A stretch of 64,000 nucleotides of DNA from Eledone cirrhosa (Eukaryota): the NCBI GenBank assembly GCA_964016885.1, contig OZ024740.1:170996001-171060000 (forward strand), given 5' to 3'. The notes beneath the pieces were generated by a model. That model saw nothing but the letters and a program-made list of their open reading frames with translations. It ran no database searches and had not been told where the DNA came from. Shown here piece after piece: positions 43,095 through 58,143 of this stretch. How positions within the stretch are numbered: position 1 is the stretch's first letter; the number at the start of each line of letters is the position of its first letter. The translations under genes and the position numbers were made by a program.

Positions 43095-43974
43095 ACTATC
43101 TATCCATCTATCTATGTATCTATCTATCTATCTCTTTCTCTCTTTTTTTCTCTCTCCCCTCTCTCTCTCACACACAAACACTCGCTCTCTCTCTATATAT
43201 ATATTGTTGTGGTTTTCGTCTTTCTTGTTGTTAATGTTGTTGTTGCAGTTGTTCTTGACATTGTTATTTAACTCTAGGTCATACCTGTTCGAGAAAATAT
43301 ATGATGGAAGATGTTCCACCCATGATCACTTTTTTTCGGTAATTACATTGTCCAATTTGTTCTTTTCTTTATGAAATGGCAAGGCCTGCTAGCCGCAGCA
43401 ATCTTGTCTTCATTTCTGACACTGTGAATCTAGGACTATATCATCCAATGTGCTTTCCTTTTTTATTTTATATTTTCGTTTTCTCTTTATTGCTTGAAGT
43501 AGTCAAGTTGGGATTTGAGGAAGATTTTTAGCAGGTCTAGAGACACAAGCAGGCCCCACTAGTGGCTCACACACATTTTCCCTTAAAAGCATCGACCTGT
43601 AGAATTTCAGCTTGAATATCAGGCTATTTAACCCTTTTGATATCAAACAGCCTGTAGCTGGCCCTGATTCTATGAAACAAATCTGTTTATTTTAAAGTGT
43701 CTATCTAAAACTCTACCAACATAATTTCGTGTATGAATCTTTATGTTGCAAATATTTACTTGATATTGAGAAAGTTTGTTGCATTAAAAATGCCTACACA
43801 TTCTTGATTATTTTCAAAATGATTTGCAAAATTATAGACATTGTCTTTTGTTAGGAATACGGTAAGGAAGGGGTTAATGACATAAACAACGATAACAACA
43901 ACAAAACAGCAATCAATACCAACACCCTCACAACCACTACTAAACCAACAAGCCCAACAATCCAGCAAACCTAT

Positions 43975-44410
43975 ATGTGATGCTCAACCTGCTAGAAGAA
44001 ACAGCCAAATCTCTTCCAAATAACATCCCATCGTCTTAAAAAACACCTGGATAATATGATCTTGGGTTCCCAGGTCATAAGAAAAAGGACATGAAAGTCA
44101 CAACTAGGAGACCTTTGATCTGTTCGATCATGGCTCACCTGAAGCTACGCAACCACAACGATGAAAACTACCATCACTAACTCCGTCGCTAGACTCTTCT
44201 AACTTGAGCTAATAGAGCCAATGGAGTGACCTCTATATGGTCACTCAACTTGCTAGAAATAGTAGTGAAATCTCTATCAAATGACACACCCTCCAACCGT
44301 TTAATCAAGTAGACGATGTGGTCTTTCCTACAAACCGTTTAAAAGTAACAAGCGGATGGTCACAAGGCTGGAACATCTTTGATCATAAGTCTGCTCTCAT
44401 TAGTGTTGAC
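43975..44410 (+). mobile_element. Two degenerate copies of a third short interspersed repeat (gctagaaatagcagccaaatct motif)
   Basis: Motif recurs at about 39570, 40895, 42325 and 58960, and on the minus strand at about 24590-24790, 43260-43560, 46150-46340 and 54000-54240. Confidence 0.55.
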
Positions 44411-45274
44411 CACCTTGGGTGGGGCTCTAAATAATTAGGGTTTCTAACAAAAGCACAAGGCCAGGAATTTTAGGCGAGGGGGGTGTCAATTATATCGACT
44501 CTAGTACGTAACTGGTACTTTATTTTATTGACCTCGGAAGAGTAAAAGTAAAAGTTGACCTCGGCAGAAAACAACAACAACGTCAACAACAGCTACAACA
44601 ACAACCACAACTATCACCATCTGTAATCCATTACAATCTTTTCGCCACTACCAAGTACGACATTCTCCTCCACCTCAACCGTCACCAGCATCATTTCCAG
44701 TTACATCAGCTGCTACTGCTGCTGCTGTGACTGCTACTGGTGGTGCTGCTGTTGCTGTTGCTGCAGTTTCTGCTGTTGCTGGTGCTGCAGGCAACAACAG
44801 CAGACATACTACCACGATGACCCGTTTTACACTAGTTGCCAGCACTTATGACACTCATTCAGAGGCCGAGAAATGTATTGAATGCTTTTGTTTGTTTGTA
44901 CGTTTGTTCTCTTAATTGTTGTTCATTTTTATTTTAAATGTATTTTAAATATATTTTTCATTTAGTTTTAGTTTTTATATTTTTGTTTTTATTTTATTAT
45001 TTTATTTTTATGATTTTATTTTTCTCCCGAGACGTTTTCGAGATTTTAGTCGTCTCCTGGAATTATTCGCGTCACAAGATACATAAATAATATTGTCTAA
45101 GTTAGGAACAGAAACAGGAATATAAATGGATAAATAAATAAATAAAGGGTGTAGGTGAGTGGGAATGTACTTGAGAGAAAGTGACAGCTGTAAGGTGAAA
45201 AGTCCTGGGAGCTGGTGTAAGATGTCCTTCTCTCTGTCTCTCTATTTATACATACATATATATATATATATATG

Positions 45275-45333
<59 letters not shown>

Positions 45334-45581
45334 ATAATAATAAATTTGAAGACTAAAATCCAAAGAGGGCTCGATAAGGATAAATATATATCAAATATAT
45401 AAGAACCGTAGAGCAAATATTTATATATATATATATAAATATGGTTTTATAAATATGGTTTCCATTTATTTAATATCATACTCCAGTAAACTGTTGAGTG
45501 CTCTAAATCAGTTATAAACATTTATATTTGTTAGACTTCTAACAAATTGAATATCCCTTCTACTTATATATATATATATAT

Positions 45582-45650
<69 letters not shown>

Positions 45651-45753
45651 CATATATATATATATATATGTTTATATATATATATATGTATATATATATA
45701 TGTTTATATATATATATATATGTATGTATGTATATATATGGATATATATATTC

Positions 45754-45805
<52 letters not shown>

Positions 45806-46857
45806 TTATATAAAACACGCCGCGCGTACAGACAGACATTATATCTCTTGAATGCGGTGTCCCAGTATGGCCACAGAATTGCTTGCCTGATCATTGTTGT
45901 AAATGCTGCTTTTGTTGTTTAGCTCATGTTCAGTTCTGTTCTAGCGTTCCAACCGTAACCCCACCGTTTTTTTTTTTTTCTTGAGGGGTGGCTATATTCA
46001 GATGTATTCTATTGAGTTCAGAATTATCTAATCTGACATTCGGTTTTTGTTTTATTAATATTATTATTGTTATTATTATTATTACTAATACTAAATTGTG
46101 ATTAGTTAGAGATGTCATTTCTATTTCTCGTAGTTGTTGATATTTGTTGTTGTTGTCTAGCCGTTAGTCAAACCTGTTCGAGCTTTCGAACCGTGTCTTT
46201 TTTTTTTCTGTTGTCGTTTTTTTTTTTTTTTTTGTTCTTATCACAGACAGTGATTGCTTTCTTTCTAATGGTGGCTTAGGGTACGATTTGAGAGAGAGTT
46301 TGGTTGTTATTTCTAACAGCCAATGACTATGTGGAGGCTTTCTTGTTGGCTGTTATTGTTTAGTCCCAAATATATTTTGATTAAGCAGACCTATTATGAA
46401 AGTCGTGCCAGCAATGATGTTATTTTCCCCCACCATTGCATATTTAATAACGCAATCTCTTACCTGTATGACATTTTCAGGCAGGTAGAAATATCGGAAT
46501 TCCAAGGCAAATTTGGATGTTACGACGGGGAAATTGGTTTTAGAAGAAAAATACTTAATCATTTATTTACATTGCTTGCTTTTCTTTTTCTTTTCCTTTT
46601 ATCCTTACGGCTCAGTGATGAGGGAGGGCAATACCCATGATGGTTTTATTTTATTCACGACCCTTGAAATTGGTGGGATGGAAGAAAGGAAGGTAACTTT
46701 TAACCAAAGACGTTTGCAACAGAGAGGACTTCACTAAAGGCACCCTGATGATTTTAACCCTTTTGTTACCATATTTCTAAAATGAAACACAAGAATTTGG
46801 AGGGATTTAGTCGTATAACTAACTTTATTATTAAACTTGTGTAAGGAATTTCTAAAA

Positions 46858-47263
46858 ACGTTAGAGCATCGGCCAAATGCTTATCAATTTAGTTCAAATT
46901 TCCGTGAGGTTAGCTTTTCCTTTCATCCTCATGGGGTCGATAAAATAAAGCACTAGCAACGCACTGAAATCGATTTAATTGACTTTCTCCTTACTTTCAA
47001 ATTGCTGGCCTTGTACCAAAAGTAGGGACAATTATTAAACTGGTGTAAAGGTGATAGATTGGGAGAGTCGTTAGAGCGTCAAATAAATGCTTAGCAGTAT
47101 TTGTTCCGGCCGTTTACGTTCTGAGTTCAAAACCCATCGAGGCTAGTTATTGCCTTTTATCCCTATGGGGTCGATAAAATGAAGCACCGGTAATGCACTA
47201 GGGTCGATTTAATCGACTTTCTCCTCCCTCCAAAATTGCTGGCCTTGAGCCCATATAAGAAAC

Positions 47264-47307
<44 letters not shown>

Positions 47308-47845
47308 GGGCGGTGGATTGGCAGTATCGGTAGAGGGTCGGACGCCATGCTTTGACTCATAGAGTTACGGCCCTTGCCATTCTGAGTTCAAATCCCGCCG
47401 AGGTTAACTTTGCCTTTCATCCTTACGGGGTCGATAAAATAAAGTACCAGTAATGAACTGGGTAATTGCTGGCCTTGTGCCAAAAAGTAGAAACAATTAT
47501 TATTATTATTATTATTAGGGATCAATGAAATAAAGTACCAGTAATCAATGGCGTCGATATAATCGACTTTCCCCTCCCCAAAAATTGTGTCATTGTGCTT
47601 AAATCAAAAACCATTATTAGGCTGGTTTCCTTATATAAAATTATGATGGCAGGGTTTAAGATAAATGCAAACACTTTAAAACAAGCAGTTTAGTATCATA
47701 GAACACGGGGCAGTTTCGGTGGGTGGGAAGATATCAAAAGGTTAATGATACGAATGTTAATTCAATACAAGTTTATTAATAAAGTACCAGTAATGTACTG
47801 TATATTTGCTGGCCTTGTGCCCAAAAAGTAGAAACAATTATCTAA
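46858..47845 (+). mobile_element. Cluster of tandemly inserted family 2 SINEs separated by (ATT)n tails
   Basis: Copies at about 46858, 47049 and 47308 plus fragments at 47518 and 47778. Confidence 0.8.
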
Positions 47846-48310
47846 CAAATTGTGCTGCAGAATAGGCTGTCTCCCCCTCTCTCACTCTCTCTTTCTCGCG
47901 CTCTACACCCTTCTCTCGCCCCCCCCCCCCCCCTCTCTTCTCTGTCACTGCTCATATGTGGTGGGAAATTGTGAACTGGTAGAATGGGGAAAATCCAATT
48001 TAAAATATTAAGAAACACTAACCTATTACTATATTATCCAAGGTTATTCTTACATTCCACATATAAGATGTTAGGGTATGATTTAAGGAAAAATTGCTGT
48101 TATTTCTTGCAACTTGAGCGACCACTTAGAGGATCCTTGCTGGCTGTTCTGAATTATGGTGGTGTGTAGTCGCTCCCGGGGTTGAGTAACTGACGGTGGA
48201 GTAATTATGAAAAAATGCGACGATGAATATATGCGCATAAATTTATAGAATAAAATATTTCGATATATATATATATATATATATACAAATATATATATAT
48301 ATATATATAT

Positions 48311-48383
<73 letters not shown>

Positions 48384-48400
48384 AATATATATATATATAT

Positions 48401-48488
<88 letters not shown>

Positions 48489-48733
48489 AATATATATATA
48501 TGTAAAGTATTTCCGAAGAAAAGCAATGGATAAAAGAGTGCTCTATGTATAGAACAGAACTATGTATATAAACTCTCTCTCTCTTTGATAAGCAAACTAG
48601 ACGTATGTTAATATTGTCTAGGGACCCGAAACCTTTCGTAATGGAGTATATATTGGTTATATATTGGTTATATAATGGTTATATATTGTATAATTATATA
48701 AATATATATATATAAAAATATTTATATATGCAC

Positions 48734-48778
<45 letters not shown>

Positions 48779-48854
48779 TATATATATATATAATAATGGT
48801 TATATATTGTATAATTATATAAATATATATATATATAAATATTTATATATGCAC

Positions 48855-48899
<45 letters not shown>

Positions 48900-48900
<1 letters not shown>

Positions 48901-49066
48901 ATTGTTTCTACTTTTTGGCCCAAGGCCAGCAATTATCCCAGCGCATTACTGATACTTTATTTTATCGACCCCGTAAGGATGAAATGCGAAGTTAACCTCG
49001 GCGGGATTTGAACTCAGAATGTCAAGGGCTGTAACTCAATGCGTCAAAGCATGGCGTCCGACCTCT
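48900..49066 (-). mobile_element. SINE family 2
   Basis: Reverse complement of the 33855 copy. Confidence 0.8.
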
Positions 49067-49128
49067 ATAATAATAATAAAAATAATCTGCACACATATAT
49101 ATATTTGCACACATATATATATTATGAA

Positions 49129-49163
<35 letters not shown>

Positions 49164-49583
49164 AAATAACACAGAGAAAGAGGGCGTGTTGGTGGTTGAT
49201 GCTTTATCTTATCGCCCTCGAAAAGAGGAACGACAAAGTCGACTTCGCTAGGATTTGAACTCAGACCGTAAAGAGCCGAATCAAGCATAGTAAAGCTATT
49301 CAACGCCCTAACGATTCTGCCAATGCACGGCTTTTATCAATACAAATATATATTATCACACATGAATATACATGCACACACACACACACACATATATATA
49401 TATACAAATGTGTGTATATATATATATATAATATATAAAATCAAAAGATGGTTAAAAGAGTTCCATGTATTTTATTTTGCGCATTTCAAAATAGATAAAA
49501 TAGGGAGACATGATATGAACCTTAAAAAACACTTGTAAGCAGTGAAGTCTTAAATCAACATATGTTGAAGTGTTAAATCAACA

Positions 49584-49654
49584 TATTTTATCTGATGAGA
49601 ACGCAAATATCATCCCATGATGATATTTGCTTTTGAAATGCGCATAATAAAATA
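49584..49654 (+). ncRNA. Type I HHR within a TA-flanked element (49435-49778) that has an inverted partial copy at 49454-49490
   Basis: tattttat CTGATGA gaac-gcaaatatcat...atgatatttgc-tttt GAAA tgcgca TA ataaaata. Confidence 0.85.
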
Positions 49655-49796
49655 CATGAAACTCTTTAAACTATCAATTGATTTTATATTATTTATACTC
49701 CAGTCCTATAAACTGTTGAGTGGTACTTATCCGATATTTGCATTGCTTTATTGTGCTACAATAAAACTCACCTCCTACATATATATATATATATAT

Positions 49797-50068
<272 letters not shown>

Positions 50069-50071
50069 GTG

Positions 50072-50111
<40 letters not shown>

Positions 50112-50162
50112 TATAATTCAATGATATTAAATAAATGGAAACTATATTTATAAAACCATATT

Positions 50163-50227
50163 TATTTTATTATATATATTTCAAGGGTGACCAAGACGAC
50201 ATTGGTTCGCTTTCATCAGATAAAATA
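50163..50227 (-). ncRNA. Type I HHR within a TA-flanked fold-back (50116-50470)
   Basis: Minus strand: tattttat CTGATGA aag...ctt GAAA tatata TA ataaaata. 50116-50193 is inverted at 50302-50380; a related 3' fragment lies at 45436-45566. Confidence 0.8.
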
Positions 50228-50466
50228 CAAAGTTTGTTTTATAGATAGAGACATTCCCATGAAAATGATACCTTATCGGTTGGAAATTCACTGGATAGTT
50301 TTGGTTACCCTTGAAATATATATAATACAATAAATATGGTTTTATAAATATAGTTTCCATTTATTTAATATCATTGAATATTTACTCCAGTAAACTGTTG
50401 AGTGTTCTAAATCAGTTATAAACATTTATGTTTGTCGGACTTCCAACCAATTAAATACCACGTCTA

Positions 50467-50520
<54 letters not shown>

Positions 50521-50721
50521 GTTTCAGAAGATCCTGTTAAGGGTGAAAGCAGCGATTCTTTGCTTAAACTTTAATCTGTTATTTTAATATATATATATAT
50601 ATATATATATTACTTTACCTAAAAGTTTTATCCCGAGCTCAATCAGGGGGTAGCCACAGTAAGTTACTCAATACATAGCAGAGTATAAATATTTAATATA
50701 GAAATCATCAGGAAGCTCTGG

Positions 50722-50771
50722 GTTACCTGATGATTTATCCCGAATGAAACAGTTCTAGTCCTGTAGAAGCC
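50722..50771 (+). ncRNA. HHR, family C
   Basis: CTGATGA ..GAAAC ag-ttctagtc-ct GTA gaagcc. Relatives at 1980-2023 (+), 55095-55138 (-) and 63481-63532 (-). Confidence 0.6.
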
Positions 50772-50797
50772 ATTTCTCTCTCTCTCTCTCTCTCTCC

Positions 50798-50898
<101 letters not shown>

Positions 50899-50909
50899 CA
50901 TATATATTC

Positions 50910-50962
<53 letters not shown>

Positions 50963-51110
50963 AATGTGTATATATATATATATACATACATATATATATA
51001 TACATATATATATCTATATATATATGTATATATATATGTATATATATGTCCTAAGGCTCTGATACCATCAACACTATACACACAGAACTGGCATATCTAA
51101 GAACTGACTA

Positions 51111-51166
51111 ACTGCCTGATGAGGTCATAGCCATTCAATGGCTATCATCGAAATATATATAGCAGT
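51111..51166 (+). ncRNA. Minimal HHR, sister of the PLE pLTR HHR, in a solo TA-flanked fragment
   Basis: actgc CTGATGA ggtcatagcc-attcaat-ggctatcatc GAAA tatata TA gcagt; compensatory change acagcc/ggctgt to atagcc/ggctat. Confidence 0.85.
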
Positions 51167-51207
51167 AAATAAAGGATTATGAGTTCATGCAATTGACTTA
51201 TGTTTCG

Positions 51208-51289
<82 letters not shown>

Positions 51290-51296
<7 letters not shown>

Positions 51297-52558
51297 ATAC
51301 TTTGGGAGGGTCATGTTGCCAATAAGAAACCAATAAGAAACACACGCACCAGTTGTTTTCACTTCAATTTATTATAAATTTCCGGTTGGTTGGTTGGTTC
51401 TATAACCGGATGGTTGTTCATATATTGTCAAAGTTCTTTCGTCACACATTCTGTGACCTCTTCAGTAACTGGGGATTCTTTTCTTTATATTTTATTTTGT
51501 GCCCCACCTTTGTTCTGTCCTAAGCCATCTTGTTTTTGTGTGTGTTGTGTGCTTAGTTTGCGCATGTGTTACATCCGGGTATCTGTGTGTGTTTTTAATT
51601 GGTTTATTTATTTGATTATTTACATGTCACTAGTTGGTTGTTTGTTCTATGTGTTTTCTATTTAATTTTGGTTGGAGTTCATTTCTGTTTATTGCCTCTG
51701 TGATTTGTTTAAACATTGCGTCTTTTCTGTGTGTAGATTCTATTTTTATCTCTGTTCTCTAATTTGCCCTTATGTTCTATTTTAGGATGTTGGTGGAGTA
51801 TTGATGAGTCTTTTCTATCTTGGAGTTCTCACCAGTGTTCATTTAATCGTTTTCCTATGCTACGAGCTGTCTCACCTATGTACATTATATTCTTATTTTT
51901 ACATTGTCTTTAAGTAATCTTATGCTATATACTGTTTCTAGTTTTACAGTTAATATGGGGGCTTAGCTTACAGATTATGCATTTCCTATCTTTACAGAGA
52001 GGTCTTAGGAAATGCATAATCTGTAAGCTAAGCCCGTAGCATAGGAACTCGTAGCATAGAAGAACGATTACATAAACACTGGCGAGAACTCCAAGATAGA
52101 AAAGATTCATCAATACTCCACCAACCTGCTAAAATAGAACATAAGGGCAAATTAGAGAACATAGAGATAACAATTGAATCTACACACAGAAAAGACGCAA
52201 TGTTTAGACAAATCACAGAGGCAATAAACATAAATGAACTCCAACCAAAATTAAATAGAAAACATGAATGGAATAAATTATAATTAAGGACAACATGAAA
52301 ACATACAGACACACACACACAAAAAATGCTTATATATGTATGTATGCATGTATATGTGTATATATACCACACACACACATAGAACAAACAACCAACTAGT
52401 GACATGTAAATAAACAAATAAATAAACAAATAAAAACACATACAGACACCCGATGTAACACATGCGCAAACTAAGCACACAACACACACAAAAACAAGAT
52501 GGCGTAGGACAGAACAAAGGAGAGCCACAAAAACAAAGAAAAGAATCCCCAGTCACTG
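51290..52558. mobile_element. Head-to-head PLE relic (family A; Neptune-like Cys linker + GIY-YIG), HHR 51427-51469 (-), in (TA)n
   Basis: Minus 52010-51655 translates to LCKDRKCIICK..NCKTRN / HKIT*RQC..MYIGETARS..RLNEH. Plus 52050-52283 translates to RSIEERL..H..RQITEAINI..PKLNRKHEW. Confidence 0.85.
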
Positions 52559-52587
52559 TATATATATACTGTATATATATATATAAT

Positions 52588-52659
<72 letters not shown>

Positions 52660-52666
<7 letters not shown>

Positions 52667-52824
52667 GGTAAACAGAAATAACAACACAATCAGTACAGTA
52701 TATGGAAGGGATATATTAGGTTAACGCTTGATATAGCAGGATGAGGGTCTTAACGTTTTGGACGTTAGTCCTTCATCAGAAGAAAGAATGAGAAATAAGA
52801 TAGATTGAGGGGACGGACGGGATG

Positions 52825-52826
<2 letters not shown>
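52660..52826 (-). mobile_element. Family B short HHR element (core mutated, 52748-52783)
   Basis: Homologous to 10940-11095. Confidence 0.7.
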
Positions 52827-52858
<32 letters not shown>

Positions 52859-53079
52859 ATAATATATATGTGTGTGTGTGAGAGGGGGGGGGGAGAAAGA
52901 AAGAAAGAAAGATAGAAACCAAGAGACAGGTGAAGTAAGATAGAGAGAGAGTTGGAGAGAGCGTGCGAGAGAGTATGAAAAAAGATAGCTTCCCAGTTAG
53001 AAGGTAACATTCATACATTGTTTACCAATGGAACAATAGAAGAAATAAGCTATATAATATATATACATTCATGTGTGTA

Positions 53080-53119
<40 letters not shown>

Positions 53120-53345
53120 TATATATATATAGAGAGAGAGAGACATATTATATATATATATATATATGGAGGGAGAGGGAGAGGGAGACTGGGAGAGTGA
53201 GTAAGTAGGTAAGTGAGTGAGTGAGTAAGGGATGCAGTCTGGATACATTTTTTCCGCAATAAGTAGTTAATTTGTTAATTAATTAGATTACTAGGGAAGT
53301 GGGGGGTGAAGTAAAATTGTGCTTGATAGACAACCATGCAGGAAA

Positions 53346-53418
<73 letters not shown>

Positions 53419-54272
53419 TGCGTGCGTGTGTGTCTGTGTGTGCGTGCGTGCGTGCGTGTGTGTCTGTGTGTGCGTGCGTGCGTGCGTGTGTGTCTGTGTG
53501 TGCGTGCGTGTGTGTGTAGATAGCTAGTTAGATAGATAGATAGAGAGAGAGAGAGGGAGAGATGGAGGTGAGGTAAAGAGAGGAAGAGAGAGAGTAAGAT
53601 AAAGAAAGGGAGAGAGAGATAAAGAAAGGGCGAGAGAGAGAAATAAAGATAGACAGACAGGCAGCAGACAGGCAAGCAGACAGGCATACTGACGTGGTTA
53701 ACTGAATATAAAATATCAGCTAAAAAAGAAGTAAAACCAAAAACTTTGAAGGTCTGTTACCATACCACATACGTGTAACTGACGTAATCTAGGCTAGAAG
53801 GAAGAGAGAATAGGAGAACGGGAGTGAGAGAGAGAGAGAGAGAGAGAGCCAGACAAACGAAGTGGGAGAAGTACGGGGGAGAGAAGATATAAGTAAAGAG
53901 TGGTAGTGAAATCAAGAAGACTTTTATGTACGTAAGAAAACCAACACAAAAGTGTAGGAGAACCTGTGTGTATTTTGAGTTTGCGTTCATGTGCAGCTGA
54001 CTGTTGTTATTTAGCCCAAGGTCTACCTTGATCTAGCAGACCTTATAATCAAAAGTTATTCCAGTCATGACAATCTCGTCCCATTTTTCGGGAGAGGGGA
54101 ATGGAAGGAGATTAGCTAAATATGTTAACTAATATGTTATCTCGTCTATGTCCTTATCAATCTATTTTTTCAATTTTTTTTTTTTTTTTAAATATAGTGG
54201 AATGTGATTTCAGGGACATTCAGCTTTCATTTCTATTGTTAGTAAAGACGTAGAAGTTCCCTCTTTGGCTAA

Positions 54273-54379
<107 letters not shown>

Positions 54380-54497
54380 TAGGGAATGAGGGAGGTATAT
54401 GTGTGATATTTTATGAGCACGTGAGTGTGTGAATATATATATATATATGTGTGTGTGTGTGTCAGTGTATGTATTAATGTGTGTGCATACATATATA

Positions 54498-54543
<46 letters not shown>

Positions 54544-54544
54544 T

Positions 54545-54917
54545 ATATTAGTAAAAAGGAAACGAAAATGCTGACAAATTTTTCCCAGTGAAAAATAGTT
54601 TAATTAGGAAATAAGTATAAATTAGTAATAAGTATTAGTTAGTATTCAGTTTTAGTTTTAAGTTTTTACCGGTTGCGCATTTCTTATGCTTCTCAAAAAT
54701 AATTTTGAGATAGAGTGCTCGTGATTTTTGCAAAATTCATGAGCACTCTATCTCAAAATTATTTTTGAGAAGCATAAGAAATGCGCAACCGGTAAAAACT
54801 TAAAACTAAAACTGAATACTAACTAATACTTATTACTAATTTATACTTATTTCCTAATTAAACGATTTTTCACTGGGAAAAATTTGTCAGCATTTTCTTT
54901 TCCTTTTTACTAATATA
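54545..54917. repeat. Near-perfect TA-flanked palindrome (~185-bp arms) carrying an HHR-like variant motif
   Basis: Centre ttttgcaaaa at about 54726-54735; the arms differ at a few sites. Confidence 0.85.
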
Positions 54918-54968
54918 TCACAACTCGTGTGTCACACCTCTATTTTTTTTAAATATATATACTAATAC

Positions 54969-55010
<42 letters not shown>

Positions 55011-55135
55011 AAGTTTAGCCCGGGTTCAATCGCGGATAACCACAGTAAGTAAGGTACTCAATACATAGCAGAGTATGAATATTTAATATAGAAATGGCTT
55101 CTACAGGACTAGAATTGTTATATTCGGGAGAAATC

Positions 55136-55207
<72 letters not shown>

Positions 55208-55209
<2 letters not shown>

Positions 55210-55373
55210 GGGTGTCCCCAAAATATGTATACACACTTTGATTACCTGTACAGGCAATATTTATTTGAATGCACAGCCTTTCCCAAAAATAAAATGTTCT
55301 ACAGATATAATTCAATTGAACGTAACAGAATTTATTTTAATGCATTTTTTAAAGATTGTTGGGGGATACCCTG
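55208..55373. mobile_element. Tc1/mariner-type MITE
   Basis: TIR cagggtgtcccc / ggggataccctg followed by TA. Confidence 0.7.
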
Positions 55374-55784
55374 TATATAATCTAAAAATGGAAACATAAT
55401 TAACTTAGTAATCCAGTCAGCTAAAAAAGAATTTAACACACTTTCGAAGTATTGAGTACTTTATGTTGTATATGAAAGCTTTATCCTTATGAACACGTGG
55501 AAATATGTAAGTGTGTGTGTTTGTGTGAGCATGCACATGTTTATGTACGTGTTTATAAGTGGTATTTAGCCCTAGGTGAGCAATGATCGAGCCACACCTA
55601 TGCTCAAAGGTTTTCTAGCAATAAAAATTGTCTTTTCTTTTTTAAATCAGTAGTTTCAAATTAAGGAGAGACGTGGCTACTATTTTTAGCTGTCCGAGTA
55701 AACACGTTGTGACACACTCGTCGCCAGATGTGTTTTGTGTCAAAAGTACACACACACATGTGTATGTATATATATATATGTGTT

Positions 55785-55821
<37 letters not shown>

Positions 55822-55876
55822 GTATATATATATATATACGTATATATATATATATACGTATATATATATATATACA

Positions 55877-55951
<75 letters not shown>

Positions 55952-56012
55952 ATATATATATATATGTGTGTGTGTATATATATATGTATATATATATGTG
56001 TGTATATATATA

Positions 56013-56108
<96 letters not shown>

Positions 56109-56151
56109 TATATATATATACACACATATATATATACACACATATATATAT

Positions 56152-56275
<124 letters not shown>

Positions 56276-56280
56276 GTGTG

Positions 56281-56316
<36 letters not shown>

Positions 56317-56495
56317 CGTGTGTGTGTGCGTGTCTCTATATATATACATGATTGTGTGTGAGAATGTAGGTGTGTGCATGAATGAGTATAAACAGATGTT
56401 ACAGTGAGAGAGGGGGAGAGGGAGGCAAAATGGTTGTTTACGGAAGGGAAAGAGAGTGTGTGTGCATGTACTCTTGTGTGTCAGTGTATACGTGT

Positions 56496-56595
<100 letters not shown>

Positions 56596-57168
56596 ATAAG
56601 GTCGAAAGAAAGATTTGGTGTAGGCGAATATTGATTTCCTCCATCACCCCACCAGGACTACCACCAGGACTACCACCAGCATCATCATCACTATCAGTAC
56701 TAGATATACAAAGAATAGAACACCTGTGGTATTGTTTTCATGTTTCCCCCCTTAAAAAATGTATCATGTAATACAAAATAGATATAATGAGTCACTACTC
56801 CTCCGCCAGAGTGTCGAGACTGGATCGCCAGGTTCCGTTTTTAATGGTGCATAGGTTACACGTTATAGTCAGCCACAGGACTAACTTTTCCCATATTTAT
56901 TGAATTTAGGACCAGAGCTAAAGTGTATTAAATTTGAATGGTTGAGAAGTTTGCTTAACAATCATAAGGTCCCGCGTTTGTTCGCATTGTGTGGCATATT
57001 GAACAAATATCATTTACAATAGCCTCGCGTCGACCCATGCCTTGTGAGAGAAACTGAGTAGACGGAATATGTTTGGAAGTCCGTTGAATGACTGTACTTG
57101 TAAATCAATGGCCAGTCTTGTGACAAACAGGATCACTCTGAATCTCTCTGAAACTTCTGAAATGGGTG

Positions 57169-57360
57169 CAGATCTGTCAACTCTCAACGCCCGACGAGGT
57201 CTTTCACCCACTTCGGGGTGGGTGAAACATGTCTTCTCTTGTGAAAATGGATATAGCTTTCATTATGTAAAATATCCTCATTTTGCCTCATTTCTCTCCG
57301 TTTTGGGGCAGTTTTTTTCGTGGTACTCCCCGTTTGGGTGTTTAGAGGCTGGCAGTTCTG
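57169..57360. mobile_element. MITE (6-bp TSD family) nested in a family 1 SINE (56935-57470)
   Basis: Exact flanking duplication tgggtg (57163-57168, 57361-57366). Confidence 0.85.
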
Positions 57361-57668
57361 TGGGTGCATGTGTCTGTAGAAAGCTGAACCACTTGCACGT
57401 TCATTTTAAAAGCAGGCTGTTCTGGTGATCAAATAACTGAAACATTCATCGTTGAAACCGATGTATATCCAATCCTTCCTAGTTCTATTCTTTGTCTTCG
57501 AGTCTCACCTTTGGGTAGAACCATTATGCGTTTCTTTGGCATTATTTTTAATGCATGCTGGTAGTACCATATTTACATTTGGGTGAAAGGGAGCTGCAGC
57601 CCAGGGCGTAATAGTCTTGGGAGCCCTTGTCCCGTTTCAAATATATATTCTAATATAATATATACGTA

Positions 57669-58087
<419 letters not shown>

Positions 58088-58143
58088 GTATGTAAAAGGT
58101 AAACAGAAATAACAACACAATATATATATATATATATATAATA

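Noticed and set aside
51829-51831. In-frame TGA in GIY-YIG as possible selenocysteine
   Set aside because: The other arm has CGA (Arg) at this codon, so this is CpG decay; the copy has further lesions.
54545-54917. Fold-backs as long-read chimera artefacts
   Set aside because: Arms differ by substitutions and indels, some pairs are strongly diverged (26325-26790), and polarity is consistent. Read-level confirmation is still advisable.
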